Below are positions 37,606 through 47,764 of a DNA stretch of 64,000 bases, piece after piece. How positions within the stretch are numbered: the stretch's first letter is position 1; each line of letters opens with the position of its first letter. Origin of the DNA: a virus (lineage: Duplodnaviria; Caudoviricetes); the IMG/VR virus record IMGVR_UViG_3300009103_000014, positions 1 to 64,000 of that record. One strand, given 5' to 3'. Below the pieces are notes generated by a model, which saw nothing but the letters and a program-made list of their open reading frames with translations, did no database searches and had not been told where the DNA came from. Position numbers and translations under genes: made by a program.

Positions 37606-38571
37606 CTATTTCAAACCATTTAATGTTTCTTGAACTACTCTCCATGTTTTAGGTTTTGTCCAATCTAATTTCTTTGTATCTCTAATAAGTTTCTTACAAG
37701 TACCACTTTCAAATAATGACTCGTCTGTTGTTTCAAACATCTTATTAAATTTATTACTAATCTGAAGCATTGATGCTATACCTTCTATAAAATTTTTAGT
37801 ATGTATATCATCATCTGGGGTTCTATGATATTCAATATGTAATAAAAAATACCACTTCAACATTGTACTATTAAGTACACCTAACATGGGCCTTTTATAT
37901 GATTCGACGTACTTATTCTTTTTTTCATACCCTTGCCATTTTGCTAAAATAGTATTTCCTTCTGGCATACAAAAAGCATTTCCGCCATAGTCAACCCAAC
38001 GTGTTTTGCCCGATTCATAATGTTTCATATAATTTAAACCACTTTTAAACTTTGAATCTTTTAAATCGGCTATTCCGACAAAACCATAATCCCATATTGC
38101 CATATTGTGCTCTAGCAATTTAGAATTTAATCTAGCAATTTCAATAAGTGCTTTAATCCATTCTTCTTTACGATTTATAGGATCATACTTAATGTATGGT
38201 TCATTACATGGATATCCTATTACTTCATAAACTTTACCTGCTGTTGATATTTGTTCAGGAAATCTAATAAGATCATTAAACTCTTTATCTAAATTTACTT
38301 TTTCATAAATTCTTTGTACTGATTCTGTCCTATGATAAAAAGCTCGACCATAATGCGATTGTACTTTTATTGCCCATTTACTTTTATCATCACTACGTTC
38401 ACAAAAATAAGTACTACCATCCTTACCCCTGCCTAGTTGTTCTTTAACAAGATATATAATTTTTCCACCGGCATGAATTTCTGTTAAAATATCTGATTCT
38501 AATGTGTCTGGATTATAAGCATATCCAAATACATTATTCTTAGAAAATACAAGATTATTTTTTTTCGTCAT
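37606..38571 (-). CDS. Protein-kinase-like fold enzyme (possible sugar/small-molecule kinase)
   Basis: LGRGKDGSTY Gly-loop, WAIKV, IWD...N, WVDYGG; start re-called to MTKKNN. Confidence 0.7.
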   Translation of the reverse strand: MTKKNNLVFSKNNVFGYAYNPDTLESDILTEIHAGGKIIYLVKEQLGRGKDGSTYFCERSDDKSKWAIKVQSHYGRAFYHRTESVQRIYEKVNLDKEFNDLIRFPEQISTAGKVYEVIGYPCNEPYIKYDPINRKEEWIKALIEIARLNSKLLEHNMAIWDYGFVGIADLKDSKFKSGLNYMKHYESGKTRWVDYGGNAFCMPEGNTILAKWQGYEKKNKYVESYKRPMLGVLNSTMLKWYFLLHIEYHRTPDDDIHTKNFIEGIASMLQISNKFNKMFETTDESLFESGTCKKLIRDTKKLDWTKPKTWRVVQETLNGLK

Positions 38572-39446
38572 AATACCCACTCCTGTATCAAATTCCAAGC
38601 TGTGCCATTCTCCATTTCACTCAAATGAAACTGGTGATATGCTAAAGCATTAAACCATCTTTGACGATCTGGTTCTTGTGATAATCTTTTAGTGTTATTA
38701 ATATCACTTAAATCAAAACTTATTGGCCAACTAGGTGCTTGATCAGTACTAAACACTGGCACACCTTCTGATATTGCTTTAACTACAGCACCACTATTAT
38801 AAGCTATTACACAATAAGCATCTTGAATATCTTCTTCAAAGGATGTTTGTCTAACTAATGGTTTCATTTCGTTTTTCTTTTGTTCTATTAGTTCATGCTG
38901 TAACGGAAACCCAAAAGAATCACAAAACGTTACTGGAGGTTTATATCTAACAATTACTTGCCTATCAGTATGAGTTTGTAACCAATTTACTGTATCATTC
39001 AACCAGTTATCAGCACCTAAATACCATGCCGTTGGTTGGGTAGGCGGGAGAACTAATATATGTCCTGTTGATTTAACCCGCCAAGGTTTAATGTTTACTG
39101 ATGATTTAAAATAATGATCGAACCGATCTTGAGGGAATACTTTGTTTAATTGTTTAAGATTAATGCCATTTTTACTAACACGATACCACGGGTCCTTATG
39201 TTTATGGTGCCCTGCTAAAAAGTAAGCATGGTCAATATGTAAATAATTTATATTATTTGCTATTGCTTTTTTATATACTTCTGCTGTTCCTCTTAAAATT
39301 CCAAAGCTAGTAAGATACGTTGTATTAGATGGTATTCCTTCTTGTTCTAATACGGATATGTCTTTAAATTCGCCACCAGATCCTGTTGTAAATACCCGGA
39401 CAACCTTTGTTGTTGTTTTTCGTCTGGTGCTATAGCCGTATAACAT
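38568..39446 (-). CDS. Capsule-biosynthesis-like GT-B glycosyltransferase (KpsS/KpsC-like), copy 1
   Basis: HIDHAYF, IKPWR, VIVRYKP, IAYNSGAVVKAISEGVPVF, DRQRWFNALAYHQF. Confidence 0.7.
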   Translation of the reverse strand: MLYGYSTRRKTTTKVVRVFTTGSGGEFKDISVLEQEGIPSNTTYLTSFGILRGTAEVYKKAIANNINYLHIDHAYFLAGHHKHKDPWYRVSKNGINLKQLNKVFPQDRFDHYFKSSVNIKPWRVKSTGHILVLPPTQPTAWYLGADNWLNDTVNWLQTHTDRQVIVRYKPPVTFCDSFGFPLQHELIEQKKNEMKPLVRQTSFEEDIQDAYCVIAYNSGAVVKAISEGVPVFSTDQAPSWPISFDLSDINNTKRLSQEPDRQRWFNALAYHQFHLSEMENGTAWNLIQEWVL

Positions 39447-39481
39447 TGAATTTCCTATCCATTAATTGAGTTGCTCAGTGA

Positions 39482-39496
39482 TATTTATTGTAAATA
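39482..39496. promoter_or_regulatory. Back-to-back T4-late-like TAAATA promoters
   Basis: TATTTA (39482-39487) and TAAATA (39491-39496) between two divergent paralogous GT genes. Confidence 0.7.
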
Positions 39497-39501
39497 GTTT
39501 T

Positions 39502-40386
39502 ATGAAAGTATCTTTCTTCACTAAAAATTCAAGTAAAGCAGGCATACCAGTTTTTAAATCAATGATGAAAGCTGTAGCTGAAACTGATACCGTTTTAGAA
39601 AATAGTATTGACGCCGATGTGGCTGTTATTTGGAGTTTATTATGGCATGGCAAAATGGCCGCAAATAAACTTATATGGAAAGAATTTAAAAAACAAGGAA
39701 AACCTATAGTAGTTTTAGAAGTTGGCGGTATTAATCGTAACACTACATGGAAAGTTGGTATAGATGGCATTAACGGTCGTGCTAATTTTTGTAATAAAGA
39801 AAATTTAGATGTTAATAGACCTAAAAAATTAGGTATAGAACTAAAGCCTTGGAAAACTAATGGAGAGAATATTATTATATGTGGGCAACATCAAAAAAGC
39901 GAACAATGGATAAATTTGCCTCATATTGATCAATACTATGAAAATAGAATTTTAGAAATTAGAAATCACACAGATGCTCCAATATTTTTAAGAGAACACC
40001 CTAGACATCTACGTGGAATTCACTATATGAATGAAATTGATTTACAATTAAAATATGCTGTAAAATATATGGCAACTAATCATATAGAAGGAACATACGA
40101 TAATTATGATTTTAATACAGCACTAGAAAATGCCAAATTGGTTGTTAGTGAAAGTAGCAACCCTGGAATGGAAGCCACTATTAACGGTGTGCCAGCATGG
40201 ACTGGTCCTGAAAGTTTAACATATCCTGTTAGTGTTCATCCAAAAGATTTAGATAAAGAATACCCCGATAGAGAACAATGGCTAATAGAACTAGCACATA
40301 CAGAATGGACAGTTGAAGAAATTGAGAGTGGAATACCTTGGGCTAGATTGTTGAATAGTCTATCAACGTACCATCAATCCAACTAA
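39502..40386 (+). CDS. Capsule-biosynthesis-like GT-B glycosyltransferase, copy 2
   Basis: LKPWK, IFLREHP, SSNPGMEATINGVP, DREQWLIELAHTEW; start re-called to MKVSFF. Confidence 0.72.
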   Translation: MKVSFFTKNSSKAGIPVFKSMMKAVAETDTVLENSIDADVAVIWSLLWHGKMAANKLIWKEFKKQGKPIVVLEVGGINRNTTWKVGIDGINGRANFCNKENLDVNRPKKLGIELKPWKTNGENIIICGQHQKSEQWINLPHIDQYYENRILEIRNHTDAPIFLREHPRHLRGIHYMNEIDLQLKYAVKYMATNHIEGTYDNYDFNTALENAKLVVSESSNPGMEATINGVPAWTGPESLTYPVSVHPKDLDKEYPDREQWLIELAHTEWTVEEIESGIPWARLLNSLSTYHQSN

Positions 40387-41125
40387 GAAGTAAATTTTTA
40401 TTTGAAAGATATCCAACTTTATTAAGCTGGTTTACCATAGAAGGAGGTAAGCGATCCATTTCCATTAAATCATAAGGTGTAACAGATCCAACTTCATATG
40501 TTTCATCAGTGTTTTTATAAACTATAGCATTAATTAAATTACTATTCTTTTCTTGTAAAAAATAAGCATCACGGCAATCATATCCTGCCAACGCTAACCC
40601 ATAAATTAAATTTACTATATTAATATCAGAATGACAATCTGTATATACTCTATAATCAGGGTCACCATAAAACATATTATGAATTTTTGGAACTGTTATA
40701 CATAACAATCCGTCTTTTTCTTGTAGTGTATTAATATTACATAAAACATCATAAAAATTAGTAAATTTATGTAATACACAATGGGCCCAAACAACATCAA
40801 ATAATTTAGAACCCTTTCTCATAGATTGATAATATTCCCAAAAGTTTTTTTGAGTACGATTAAATGTTACTCGATCTAAAGATAAAACTTCTTGCTTCAT
40901 TTCATCCATTCTAGAACAAGCTGTTACATCAATTTCTAATGGCTTTGGATTCTTCTCATCGTCATCCATTCTAGTAGCCCACCACTCTGTGTCTAAACCT
41001 ATACCAGATTCAACATCTAATACTGAAGAAATACTTGACATCATTTCTCCGTGCTGTTCTAGTGCTGATAAAAATTTGAGAGAGTGTAACCCTCTTGTTT
41101 GATGGTTATTTAATAGTAGATCCAT
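40343..41125 (-). CDS. Class I SAM methyltransferase-like protein
   Basis: VLDVESGIG (degenerate motif I), FDVVWAHCVLH, GLLCITVP. Confidence 0.7.
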   Translation of the reverse strand: MDLLLNNHQTRGLHSLKFLSALEQHGEMMSSISSVLDVESGIGLDTEWWATRMDDDEKNPKPLEIDVTACSRMDEMKQEVLSLDRVTFNRTQKNFWEYYQSMRKGSKLFDVVWAHCVLHKFTNFYDVLCNINTLQEKDGLLCITVPKIHNMFYGDPDYRVYTDCHSDINIVNLIYGLALAGYDCRDAYFLQEKNSNLINAIVYKNTDETYEVGSVTPYDLMEMDRLPPSMVNQLNKVGYLSNKNLLLSWIDGTLIDYSTI

Positions 41126-41411
41126 GTTTTATACCTTCTATCATTGATTGATACTTGTAGTTATCATAATATTCACTAGCTTTCTTATATTTCGTTATTA
41201 ACTTATCTAAGTTTTCATTAGTATTAACTTTATCATATTGAGTTAAATTTCTTTTCATATCATCCATTAAAATTTTTAATGTATTATGTCGAATAGAATG
41301 TTGCTGAAATTCTTTTTCATCGATAACTGATTTTTGCTGTGATATTGTATCAAACCACTCGTCTTTTTGCCATTCTGTTAAAAGGTTTTTTACTTTATTA
41401 TACGCTAACAT
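41106..41411 (-). CDS. Hypothetical protein
   Basis: 101-aa helical ORF overlapping both neighbours. Confidence 0.6.
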   Translation of the reverse strand: MLAYNKVKNLLTEWQKDEWFDTISQQKSVIDEKEFQQHSIRHNTLKILMDDMKRNLTQYDKVNTNENLDKLITKYKKASEYYDNYKYQSMIEGIKHGSTIK

Positions 41412-41868
41412 CTTCCATACCTGCCGTTCTGAGTCTAGTTATATGACCAATTTGAAAGTTCTTGGATTCAAGCCCTTTCATTATACCTAAATAACGGTTT
41501 CTCAATAAAGCTACTTCATTAATAAGTGTTTCAAAATCAATAACTTCATCTTCACCATCAACATACTTTTCAGCATCTCTTGTAGATAATGCCCTAGCAT
41601 AGTTTTCTAGATATTTTTTAAAATAAGTTTGTCTAATTTTTCGAAGTCTAATATTAAGAAGATTTAGAACAGCCTCAATCTCTTGAAGCTGACTAAATCG
41701 GACTTCTGTTTGTGCCGGAAGTTCCTTTAGGTTTTTTTCTACGTTGCCGTGAATGCCGGCATCATAACGAGCTTGTTTTAACTCTTCGTTATACCAATCA
41801 AGAAAATCTGGTATAGCGCCTAAATCATGTACTATCTTTCCGTACCAATTTTTACTAATAATTGTCAT
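41398..41868 (-). CDS. uvsY: Recombination mediator UvsY-like
   Basis: KYLENYARALSTRDAEKYVDGE...GIMKGLESKNFQI; downstream of uvsX. Confidence 0.8.
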   Translation of the reverse strand: MTIISKNWYGKIVHDLGAIPDFLDWYNEELKQARYDAGIHGNVEKNLKELPAQTEVRFSQLQEIEAVLNLLNIRLRKIRQTYFKKYLENYARALSTRDAEKYVDGEDEVIDFETLINEVALLRNRYLGIMKGLESKNFQIGHITRLRTAGMEDVSV

Positions 41869-42106
41869 TGTCCTCAGTTTCTAAATCTTCTTCTTCGTCA
41901 TACAAAGGTTCTTCCATAGCATTTGTACAATGTTCTTCCATTATTTCATCTGTATCAGCCAAAGCATTAAGTACTTCATTTTCTACACCATTGTCTTGTA
42001 ATACTCGTACCCAATGTTCTCCTGCTTTATCTTTATCCTTCTCAGGAATATATTCTTGTAAAGTTCTCCAGGTCTCGACTATAATATCTACTACATCTTC
42101 GCTCAT
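41855..42106 (-). CDS. Small acidic hypothetical protein
   Basis: Between uvsX and uvsY. Confidence 0.7.
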   Translation of the reverse strand: MSEDVVDIIVETWRTLQEYIPEKDKDKAGEHWVRVLQDNGVENEVLNALADTDEIMEEHCTNAMEEPLYDEEEDLETEDNDNY

Positions 42107-42111
42107 TTAAA

Positions 42112-43194
42112 CTACTCCGTGGTTGTTATTTCTTCTTCTGATTCTTCAGTACTTATATTATCATTTGTACTTTTTAGATCAGCAGAAACTATATCATCCA
42201 TAACTATCTGTAGTTTTTCACCTGTCCAGCCTTTACGAAATTCTTTAATTTCCTGCCCATTTGCTGTAATATACTTTAACTTGTTTCCTTCTTTTACAAC
42301 ATAATTATTCTTTTCAAACATTTCAAGTAAACCACTATAAGGGTCCATTCCTCTATCATAAGGAATTTTTACTTGTACTCCTTCAAACGGTTTAGAGTAA
42401 CGTGTTTTCATTACTTTACAACCTGCTCTAATACCTCTAACATCACTTATCTTGTTACCTGCTTCGTCTTCTTTTAGTTTCAATTTTTTCATTGCTATTA
42501 CAATTGAACTAGCATATATAAACCCTTGACCACCGGATATTTTATCATCTGGATCAAACATATCCTGCGAAGCATAAGTGTGGTTTGTACATACCATGCC
42601 AACATTGTAAGCACCGATCATATTAACTGTATTACGAACAAGAGCTGTTAAGGCTTTAGGTTTACGACCCATATCACCTTTCATATCACCCTTGTCAAAT
42701 TGATCTACGTCAGTTGGTGTTAATAACATACCTAAACTGTCAATTACAAACAATACTTTAGTTTCAGCCCTTTCTTCCGGCTCCATTGTTTTATAATCTT
42801 TCATAAACGTTGAAATTGTTTTAGCTACATCATCAACCATACTCATTGATAACTTTAATAACTTATCTTCATCTGTGCTAACGCCTAAAGCATGAAGCCA
42901 AGTTTCATCTAAAGCATTTTCTGAATCAATTAGTACTACAAAAATTCCTTGTTCTTGTGCGGCCTTTACAATATTACCTGCCGCGAAATAACTTTTACCT
43001 GAACCTGATTCTCCAGCAAATACTGTAACTTTGCCTAATGGTACACCTTTATTAAAGTCGCCACTAACCAAGTAGTTTAAACAATAATTACCTGTTGAAA
43101 TCCAATCTGTTGGATCATGAAACCCAATGTTTAATCCGTCTATGGATTTTGTTATATCTCTTCTAAATTTACTTACATCGAATGGTTTTGCCAT
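42112..43194 (-). CDS. uvsX: RecA-like recombinase UvsX
   Basis: ISTG, AGESGSGKS, IDSENA, VIDSLG, TNHTY, SGGQG. Confidence 0.95.
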   Translation of the reverse strand: MAKPFDVSKFRRDITKSIDGLNIGFHDPTDWISTGNYCLNYLVSGDFNKGVPLGKVTVFAGESGSGKSYFAAGNIVKAAQEQGIFVVLIDSENALDETWLHALGVSTDEDKLLKLSMSMVDDVAKTISTFMKDYKTMEPEERAETKVLFVIDSLGMLLTPTDVDQFDKGDMKGDMGRKPKALTALVRNTVNMIGAYNVGMVCTNHTYASQDMFDPDDKISGGQGFIYASSIVIAMKKLKLKEDEAGNKISDVRGIRAGCKVMKTRYSKPFEGVQVKIPYDRGMDPYSGLLEMFEKNNYVVKEGNKLKYITANGQEIKEFRKGWTGEKLQIVMDDIVSADLKSTNDNISTEESEEEITTTE

Positions 43195-43217
43195 ATCTAC
43201 CTTCCATATTGGTTAAA

Positions 43218-43247
43218 GAGTGTAGCAGACCTAAGTCTACTACACTC
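43218..43247 (-). terminator. Hairpin between gp32 and uvsX
   Basis: 13-bp stem GAGTGTAGCAGAC/GTCTACTACACTC with one non-Watson-Crick pair. Confidence 0.7.
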
Positions 43248-43261
43248 GTATCTTACTAAGA

Positions 43262-44287
43262 CTACTTCTGTTGTGAACGTTCCTTAATCATAGAGAGTAT
43301 ATCTTGAGCTCTCTTTGGACTAGTTGTTTCACTTGAAGCCTTTGGAGCAGAAGTCGATTCCGTCTGAATCGGTTCTGGTGCTACCTTTTCTGTACTTACT
43401 TCTTCAGTTGTAGCTTTGGCAACAGACTGTTCTGAGACAGTCGGAGCGGGAGACGGTGTTGCCTCTTTTTTTGAAGTATTAGTAGTACTTGGAGCACTTA
43501 CCCCTGCCGGACGATAATAAGCACCAAATCTCTCAGTATCGTAAGGTTTGCCATCAACTGATTCTTCAAACATTTGTTTGATGATTTTTAATTCAGTTTC
43601 TGACGGTTTCTTAGGTAAGAAATCGTTTAAATTAAACAATCCGTTAGTATCGATAGCTGTTTGCTCTTCAGCAGTCAACGGTGTTTCTTTACGTGACCAA
43701 GTTGAAGTTGAATAATCAGCATATCCACCTTTAGTTGTTTTTGTTACACGGAAATCTAAACCAGCTGTGTAATCAGTTGGTAATTCTTCCATTTCTGGGT
43801 CCATTAAACTTGCTTTAATAATATTAAAGAGTTGTGGTCCCATTATAAAACGTCTAATTGGGTTTTCAGGTGTATTTTCCTCAGTCAACGGATTATCACG
43901 AACAAAACCTTGGAAAACGTATGAACGTTTTTTCCAATATTTACGACCCATGTCTTCTAGTGAGCTGTCTTTAAACCAAGGACGAACCTCAGTTAAAATT
44001 GGACATGAACCAATGGCTTCCCACATTTCCATACACGGTACTTGTACCGTTACCGGCTTACTGTCAACTTGACCTTTAATACCTTGAAAAGGTAATCGAA
44101 TCATTTGACGTTCTGCCCAGAAGAATGTGTTTCCTGAATTTCCGTCAGGAAGAAATCTTAATGTTGTTGTTTCGTTTTCTTGGATATTCCAGTGAGGGAA
44201 GATAGCGTTGTCGCCACCTGTGCTACCGCCTGATTGGCGTGTTTCTTGAGCTTGTAGCCTCGCTCTAATTTCGGCTAATGATGCCAT
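43262..44287 (-). CDS. Single-stranded DNA-binding protein, T4 gp32-like
   Basis: LRFLPDG, C...CP, KYWKKRSY, DYTAGLDFRVTK, YADYSTS; low-complexity C-terminal linker. Confidence 0.92.
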   Translation of the reverse strand: MASLAEIRARLQAQETRQSGGSTGGDNAIFPHWNIQENETTTLRFLPDGNSGNTFFWAERQMIRLPFQGIKGQVDSKPVTVQVPCMEMWEAIGSCPILTEVRPWFKDSSLEDMGRKYWKKRSYVFQGFVRDNPLTEENTPENPIRRFIMGPQLFNIIKASLMDPEMEELPTDYTAGLDFRVTKTTKGGYADYSTSTWSRKETPLTAEEQTAIDTNGLFNLNDFLPKKPSETELKIIKQMFEESVDGKPYDTERFGAYYRPAGVSAPSTTNTSKKEATPSPAPTVSEQSVAKATTEEVSTEKVAPEPIQTESTSAPKASSETTSPKRAQDILSMIKERSQQK

Positions 44288-44293
44288 AATGTG

Positions 44294-44324
44294 TGCCTCC
44301 TATGTGCCTATGTTTATTTTGCCT
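44294..44324 (-). repeat. Three AGGCA repeats in the gp32 leader, overlapping the RBS
   Basis: TGCCT at 44294, 44305 and 44320 on the plus strand. Confidence 0.7.
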
Positions 44325-44425
44325 TGATAAAAACATAATCCCAATTATGCTTCTAACGTTATATTTATCATCTTTACCTTAAAGTTAAATAATAAATGGC
44401 CTGTTAATTTTTTATTAACAAGTAT

Positions 44426-44455
44426 ATTATTACATAAAACCGTGGTACTTGTCAA
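44426..44455 (-). promoter_or_regulatory. Sigma70-type promoter (TTGACA...TAATAAT) for the gp32 operon
   Basis: Perfect -35 and AT-rich -10; an additional TAAATA at 44362-44367. Confidence 0.6.
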
Positions 44456-44462
44456 CCTTTTT

Positions 44463-44981
44463 TTAACTTTTTTTCCATTCGGCGTAGATCCGATTACTCG
44501 AATCCCATTTACACTCAACTACTTCACATCCATATTTTTGAGCCCATTCGTAATTTAAATCAATTGTCCAAGGAAAAAACTTAACTACTTCAACACCTTT
44601 CCAAGGATGATCTCCAACTCCTGGGTTTTGTCTCCAATATATTCGACCGTTTTTCTTTAATAAACTAACTGCTTTTTCAACTTGTGGTTCAACATCTTCA
44701 ATTGTTCCAAAATTTAAACTTCCTAATGCTAAAATAACGTCCCATTGTTTGTCTGTTTGGAATTCCATAATTCCAACAACTTCATCTGCTTCGTCATTTG
44801 CTGGATCAATACCATATAATTTATTACCCCAATGCTTTTTAAATAAATTATAACCACAGCCAATATCTAAAATTTCTTCGTCTGATTGAACTTTATCAAG
44901 TAATGCCCAACCACTATACTTAAAATATGAGTAATCAGGTTTCCAACTTTTTCCAAAATAATCTAATAAGTCTTTTTTCAT
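44463..44981 (-). CDS. Class I SAM methyltransferase
   Basis: ILDIGCG, GIDP, WDVILALGSLNF. Confidence 0.85.
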   Translation of the reverse strand: MKKDLLDYFGKSWKPDYSYFKYSGWALLDKVQSDEEILDIGCGYNLFKKHWGNKLYGIDPANDEADEVVGIMEFQTDKQWDVILALGSLNFGTIEDVEPQVEKAVSLLKKNGRIYWRQNPGVGDHPWKGVEVVKFFPWTIDLNYEWAQKYGCEVVECKWDSSNRIYAEWKKS

Positions 44982-45676
44982 ATATCTAAATACTCACGTA
45001 ATTCATTGTCTATTTTTATATGTTTCTTATACAACTTACTATTTTCAGTTGTCCAGTCTTTACACATTTTAGAAAATATCTCATTATTTACAGGTACACC
45101 AAGTATAGAAGATAATTCATTACAAAATTTATCTTGTTTCAGCCTGTGATAAAAACCCATATACGGGAATTCAATATCAAATTTTATTTTTCTCGACTTC
45201 ATTACAAAATCCATAGGATTCGGTAACTCGTTATTTAAATACGGCTTTTGTTGTGGTGGATTGTGTTCCCACAAACTTGTAAATTCACAGTCTGGTGAAT
45301 TACTATTATTATTTTTTATAATTTGATTTAACCTAACAGATATTATTTCCCAATGTGTTTTTGTTGTGATTTTAATTTTAACTATTTTTGAAAATTGCCC
45401 TGAATCTTTTTGACTTCTAGAGGCACGTTCTTCAGTAAATTTCCACGGTTGATGACACTCGTCTACAAAAATGTTAACTTTGTCTTTTTGGTAATCTTTT
45501 TTATCAACATTAAAAAACCATCTATTACGATTCATTTTTTTTGGCTGATCATCGTGTAATTTAAATGTATAAGGAGAAACATTATCTTCTAAGGCTTTAG
45601 CTATTGCGCCAGACAAATATTGTCCACCGCACCCCATATCATAAAATACTGTTAAACCTAACATACTGCCAACCAA
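44978..45676 (-). CDS. Hypothetical protein, possible sulfotransferase-like fold
   Basis: FYDMGCGGQYL loop, as in 17233..17949. Confidence 0.5.
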   Translation of the reverse strand: MVGSMLGLTVFYDMGCGGQYLSGAIAKALEDNVSPYTFKLHDDQPKKMNRNRWFFNVDKKDYQKDKVNIFVDECHQPWKFTEERASRSQKDSGQFSKIVKIKITTKTHWEIISVRLNQIIKNNNSNSPDCEFTSLWEHNPPQQKPYLNNELPNPMDFVMKSRKIKFDIEFPYMGFYHRLKQDKFCNELSSILGVPVNNEIFSKMCKDWTTENSKLYKKHIKIDNELREYLDI

Positions 45677-46260
45677 ACATCCTTGTCAAATTTAAAATCT
45701 ATATTTCGTTTAAAATTTTGTCTAAACCAGTTTTTTCCTGGTTGTTCTAGCCTTAAGCCTTTCTTATAACAAAAGTCTAGTATTGCTTTATTTTGTTCTG
45801 TTATCTGATGATTCATTGTAGTGTTATCTCTATACCATTCATAGCTAGGATATGTAATATCCCAACCACCTGCTTCATGCCACCATTTGTAACATTCGTC
45901 GTCTGGTCTATAACACAATACTAACTTACTATCAGGAAAAGTTTTTACTAATTCATCTAAGTAATAAGCAAAATTGTGGCTAAGAATAACTTTTACAGAA
46001 TTAGGAAGACCTTTAAAACTTTGTTTAATTTCCTTTTCCCACATATCCTTTGTGCCAAATTCATAATCTAACCAATGACCGTTAAGCATCTTAGGACCAT
46101 AATAGTTTCCTTTATGGCCGCTGTATTTGTGATGTGTGTATAATTTTTTAGGATCTAATAAATCTGAGTTATCAGCATCTTCCCAAGTATCTCGTATTAC
46201 TTGACTTACGCCACTCCAACGACTTCCTGGTGCTCCTGTAAAAAATACCCAATTCTTCAT
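45658..46260 (-). CDS. P-loop/sulfotransferase-like protein
   Basis: FFTGAPGSRWSGV, ILSH, LVLCYR. Confidence 0.6.
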   Translation of the reverse strand: MKNWVFFTGAPGSRWSGVSQVIRDTWEDADNSDLLDPKKLYTHHKYSGHKGNYYGPKMLNGHWLDYEFGTKDMWEKEIKQSFKGLPNSVKVILSHNFAYYLDELVKTFPDSKLVLCYRPDDECYKWWHEAGGWDITYPSYEWYRDNTTMNHQITEQNKAILDFCYKKGLRLEQPGKNWFRQNFKRNIDFKFDKDVWLAVC

Positions 46261-46610
46261 GTATATACACTTCCTATTATAAAGTAATCAACTATAAAAG
46301 TCAACTCTGCTCCAATGAATAATGCTACCCAGTAGTTTCCAATCCAATCCCATAACTGCTTAATAACCCACCAAGCACACAATACTCTTATACAGTATAA
46401 CACATTCGCATCTATGATGTCAATCCATAAAAAGGAATTAGCTGAAAAATAATTATAAAATATGATGTTATCGTATATAAAACTTAACTGGGCCATTAGA
46501 AAAACGGCCAAGTAGTAAGGAAGATAGTTTATAGAAAACTTAACTAACGGTCCAGAGATCGCCATTCTATAAAAAACATATATCGCGTTAGCTAGTGCTA
46601 ACTCAATCAT
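46257..46610 (-). CDS. Four-TM small membrane protein (candidate TctB equivalent)
   Basis: Hydrophobic 117 aa immediately after the TctC-like gene. Confidence 0.55.
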   Translation of the reverse strand: MIELALANAIYVFYRMAISGPLVKFSINYLPYYLAVFLMAQLSFIYDNIIFYNYFSANSFLWIDIIDANVLYCIRVLCAWWVIKQLWDWIGNYWVALFIGAELTFIVDYFIIGSVYT

Positions 46611-47753
46611 TTAATCTTTCTTTAGTAACGATTTAATCCAACCAATAATACCTTCTTTTTTGGGTTCTTCTGGTTTTTCATCTATAGTAGTTACAGGTTG
46701 ATTCGCATAATGTAATAAAATTTTTGTTTTATCTACACTTGCTAAACCCAATGCTTTTGTATTAAACTCAACTAAATTTTTAAGAGCATCTGCTGTAATA
46801 AATGTCATCAGTGTATCTCTTTGATTATCACCAGCATCACCTATTAGCCATTCATAGTTACCAACTTTAGCTGTAATAACTGCGATAGCATCTGGATCTT
46901 GTGACATTTCTAATAATGCTTTTTGAAGTTTTGCGGCATTAGGATTTCCTTTATTAACCCACATTGCCTTTTGTAAACCATCTCTAAAAGATTTTACAAG
47001 ATTATAAGCATCATAAAATTCACCACTTGGTTTTACACCCCATCGCTCTTCAAATAAGTTTTCTAACTGATAACCAGGATAGTTAGGATCGTCTATGCGA
47101 CTACCATCTGGTTGTAGTATTCCGTGATGGAACCAAATTTCAGCATTTTCATTTCCAGCAACGTGTTTCTTATAAGCCGCAGGATTTTCTCTTGTTCCTG
47201 TTAACTCTCCACGTTTAAATGCTAAACGTCTTTCTCCACCGCTCATACCAGCTACCCAAGTAACGTGTTCTTTAAAACAAGTTATGTATTCGTCTACAGT
47301 TTTACCTGGTCCGCAAATTAATAGTGTCATAGCAAATGCTTCTGGCACCATTCCTGACCCTGCGGCAAAACTTGGGTTATCCATATCAGCACCTTTTAAC
47401 TTCCCAGCAATAATATTAAGATTCATTAATCCAATTGACGTGTATTCACCGTAATTGTAATCAACTTCTTCTTGTAAAAATGCTACTCCGTTACCACCAT
47501 GTGATACCATAACAACTTTGTCGTCATCTCGCATCTCATTATGCCATGTATTAAAACCAGGTATATCTCTAGCACCAGGTTGATGTGATATTACAATTTT
47601 TTCACCTAAAAAAGGTTCTAGTTGTTCAGCAATAATTGCCGCCCATTGACTAGTTCCTGCTCCTGGTTTTTGAGGTACAACAAATGTATATTCAGCGAGT
47701 GCTGAAGTACATATACCTAACGTTAATAGTATAGTTAAAAGTAATTTTCTCAT
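46611..47753 (-). CDS. Tripartite tricarboxylate transporter substrate-binding protein (TctC/Bug-like)
   Basis: Signal peptide; FVVPQKPGAGTS...LGEKIVISHQPGA; GGERRLAFKRGE. Confidence 0.75.
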   Translation of the reverse strand: MRKLLLTILLTLGICTSALAEYTFVVPQKPGAGTSQWAAIIAEQLEPFLGEKIVISHQPGARDIPGFNTWHNEMRDDDKVVMVSHGGNGVAFLQEEVDYNYGEYTSIGLMNLNIIAGKLKGADMDNPSFAAGSGMVPEAFAMTLLICGPGKTVDEYITCFKEHVTWVAGMSGGERRLAFKRGELTGTRENPAAYKKHVAGNENAEIWFHHGILQPDGSRIDDPNYPGYQLENLFEERWGVKPSGEFYDAYNLVKSFRDGLQKAMWVNKGNPNAAKLQKALLEMSQDPDAIAVITAKVGNYEWLIGDAGDNQRDTLMTFITADALKNLVEFNTKALGLASVDKTKILLHYANQPVTTIDEKPEEPKKEGIIGWIKSLLKKD

Positions 47754-47764
47754 TTTATTTTCCT

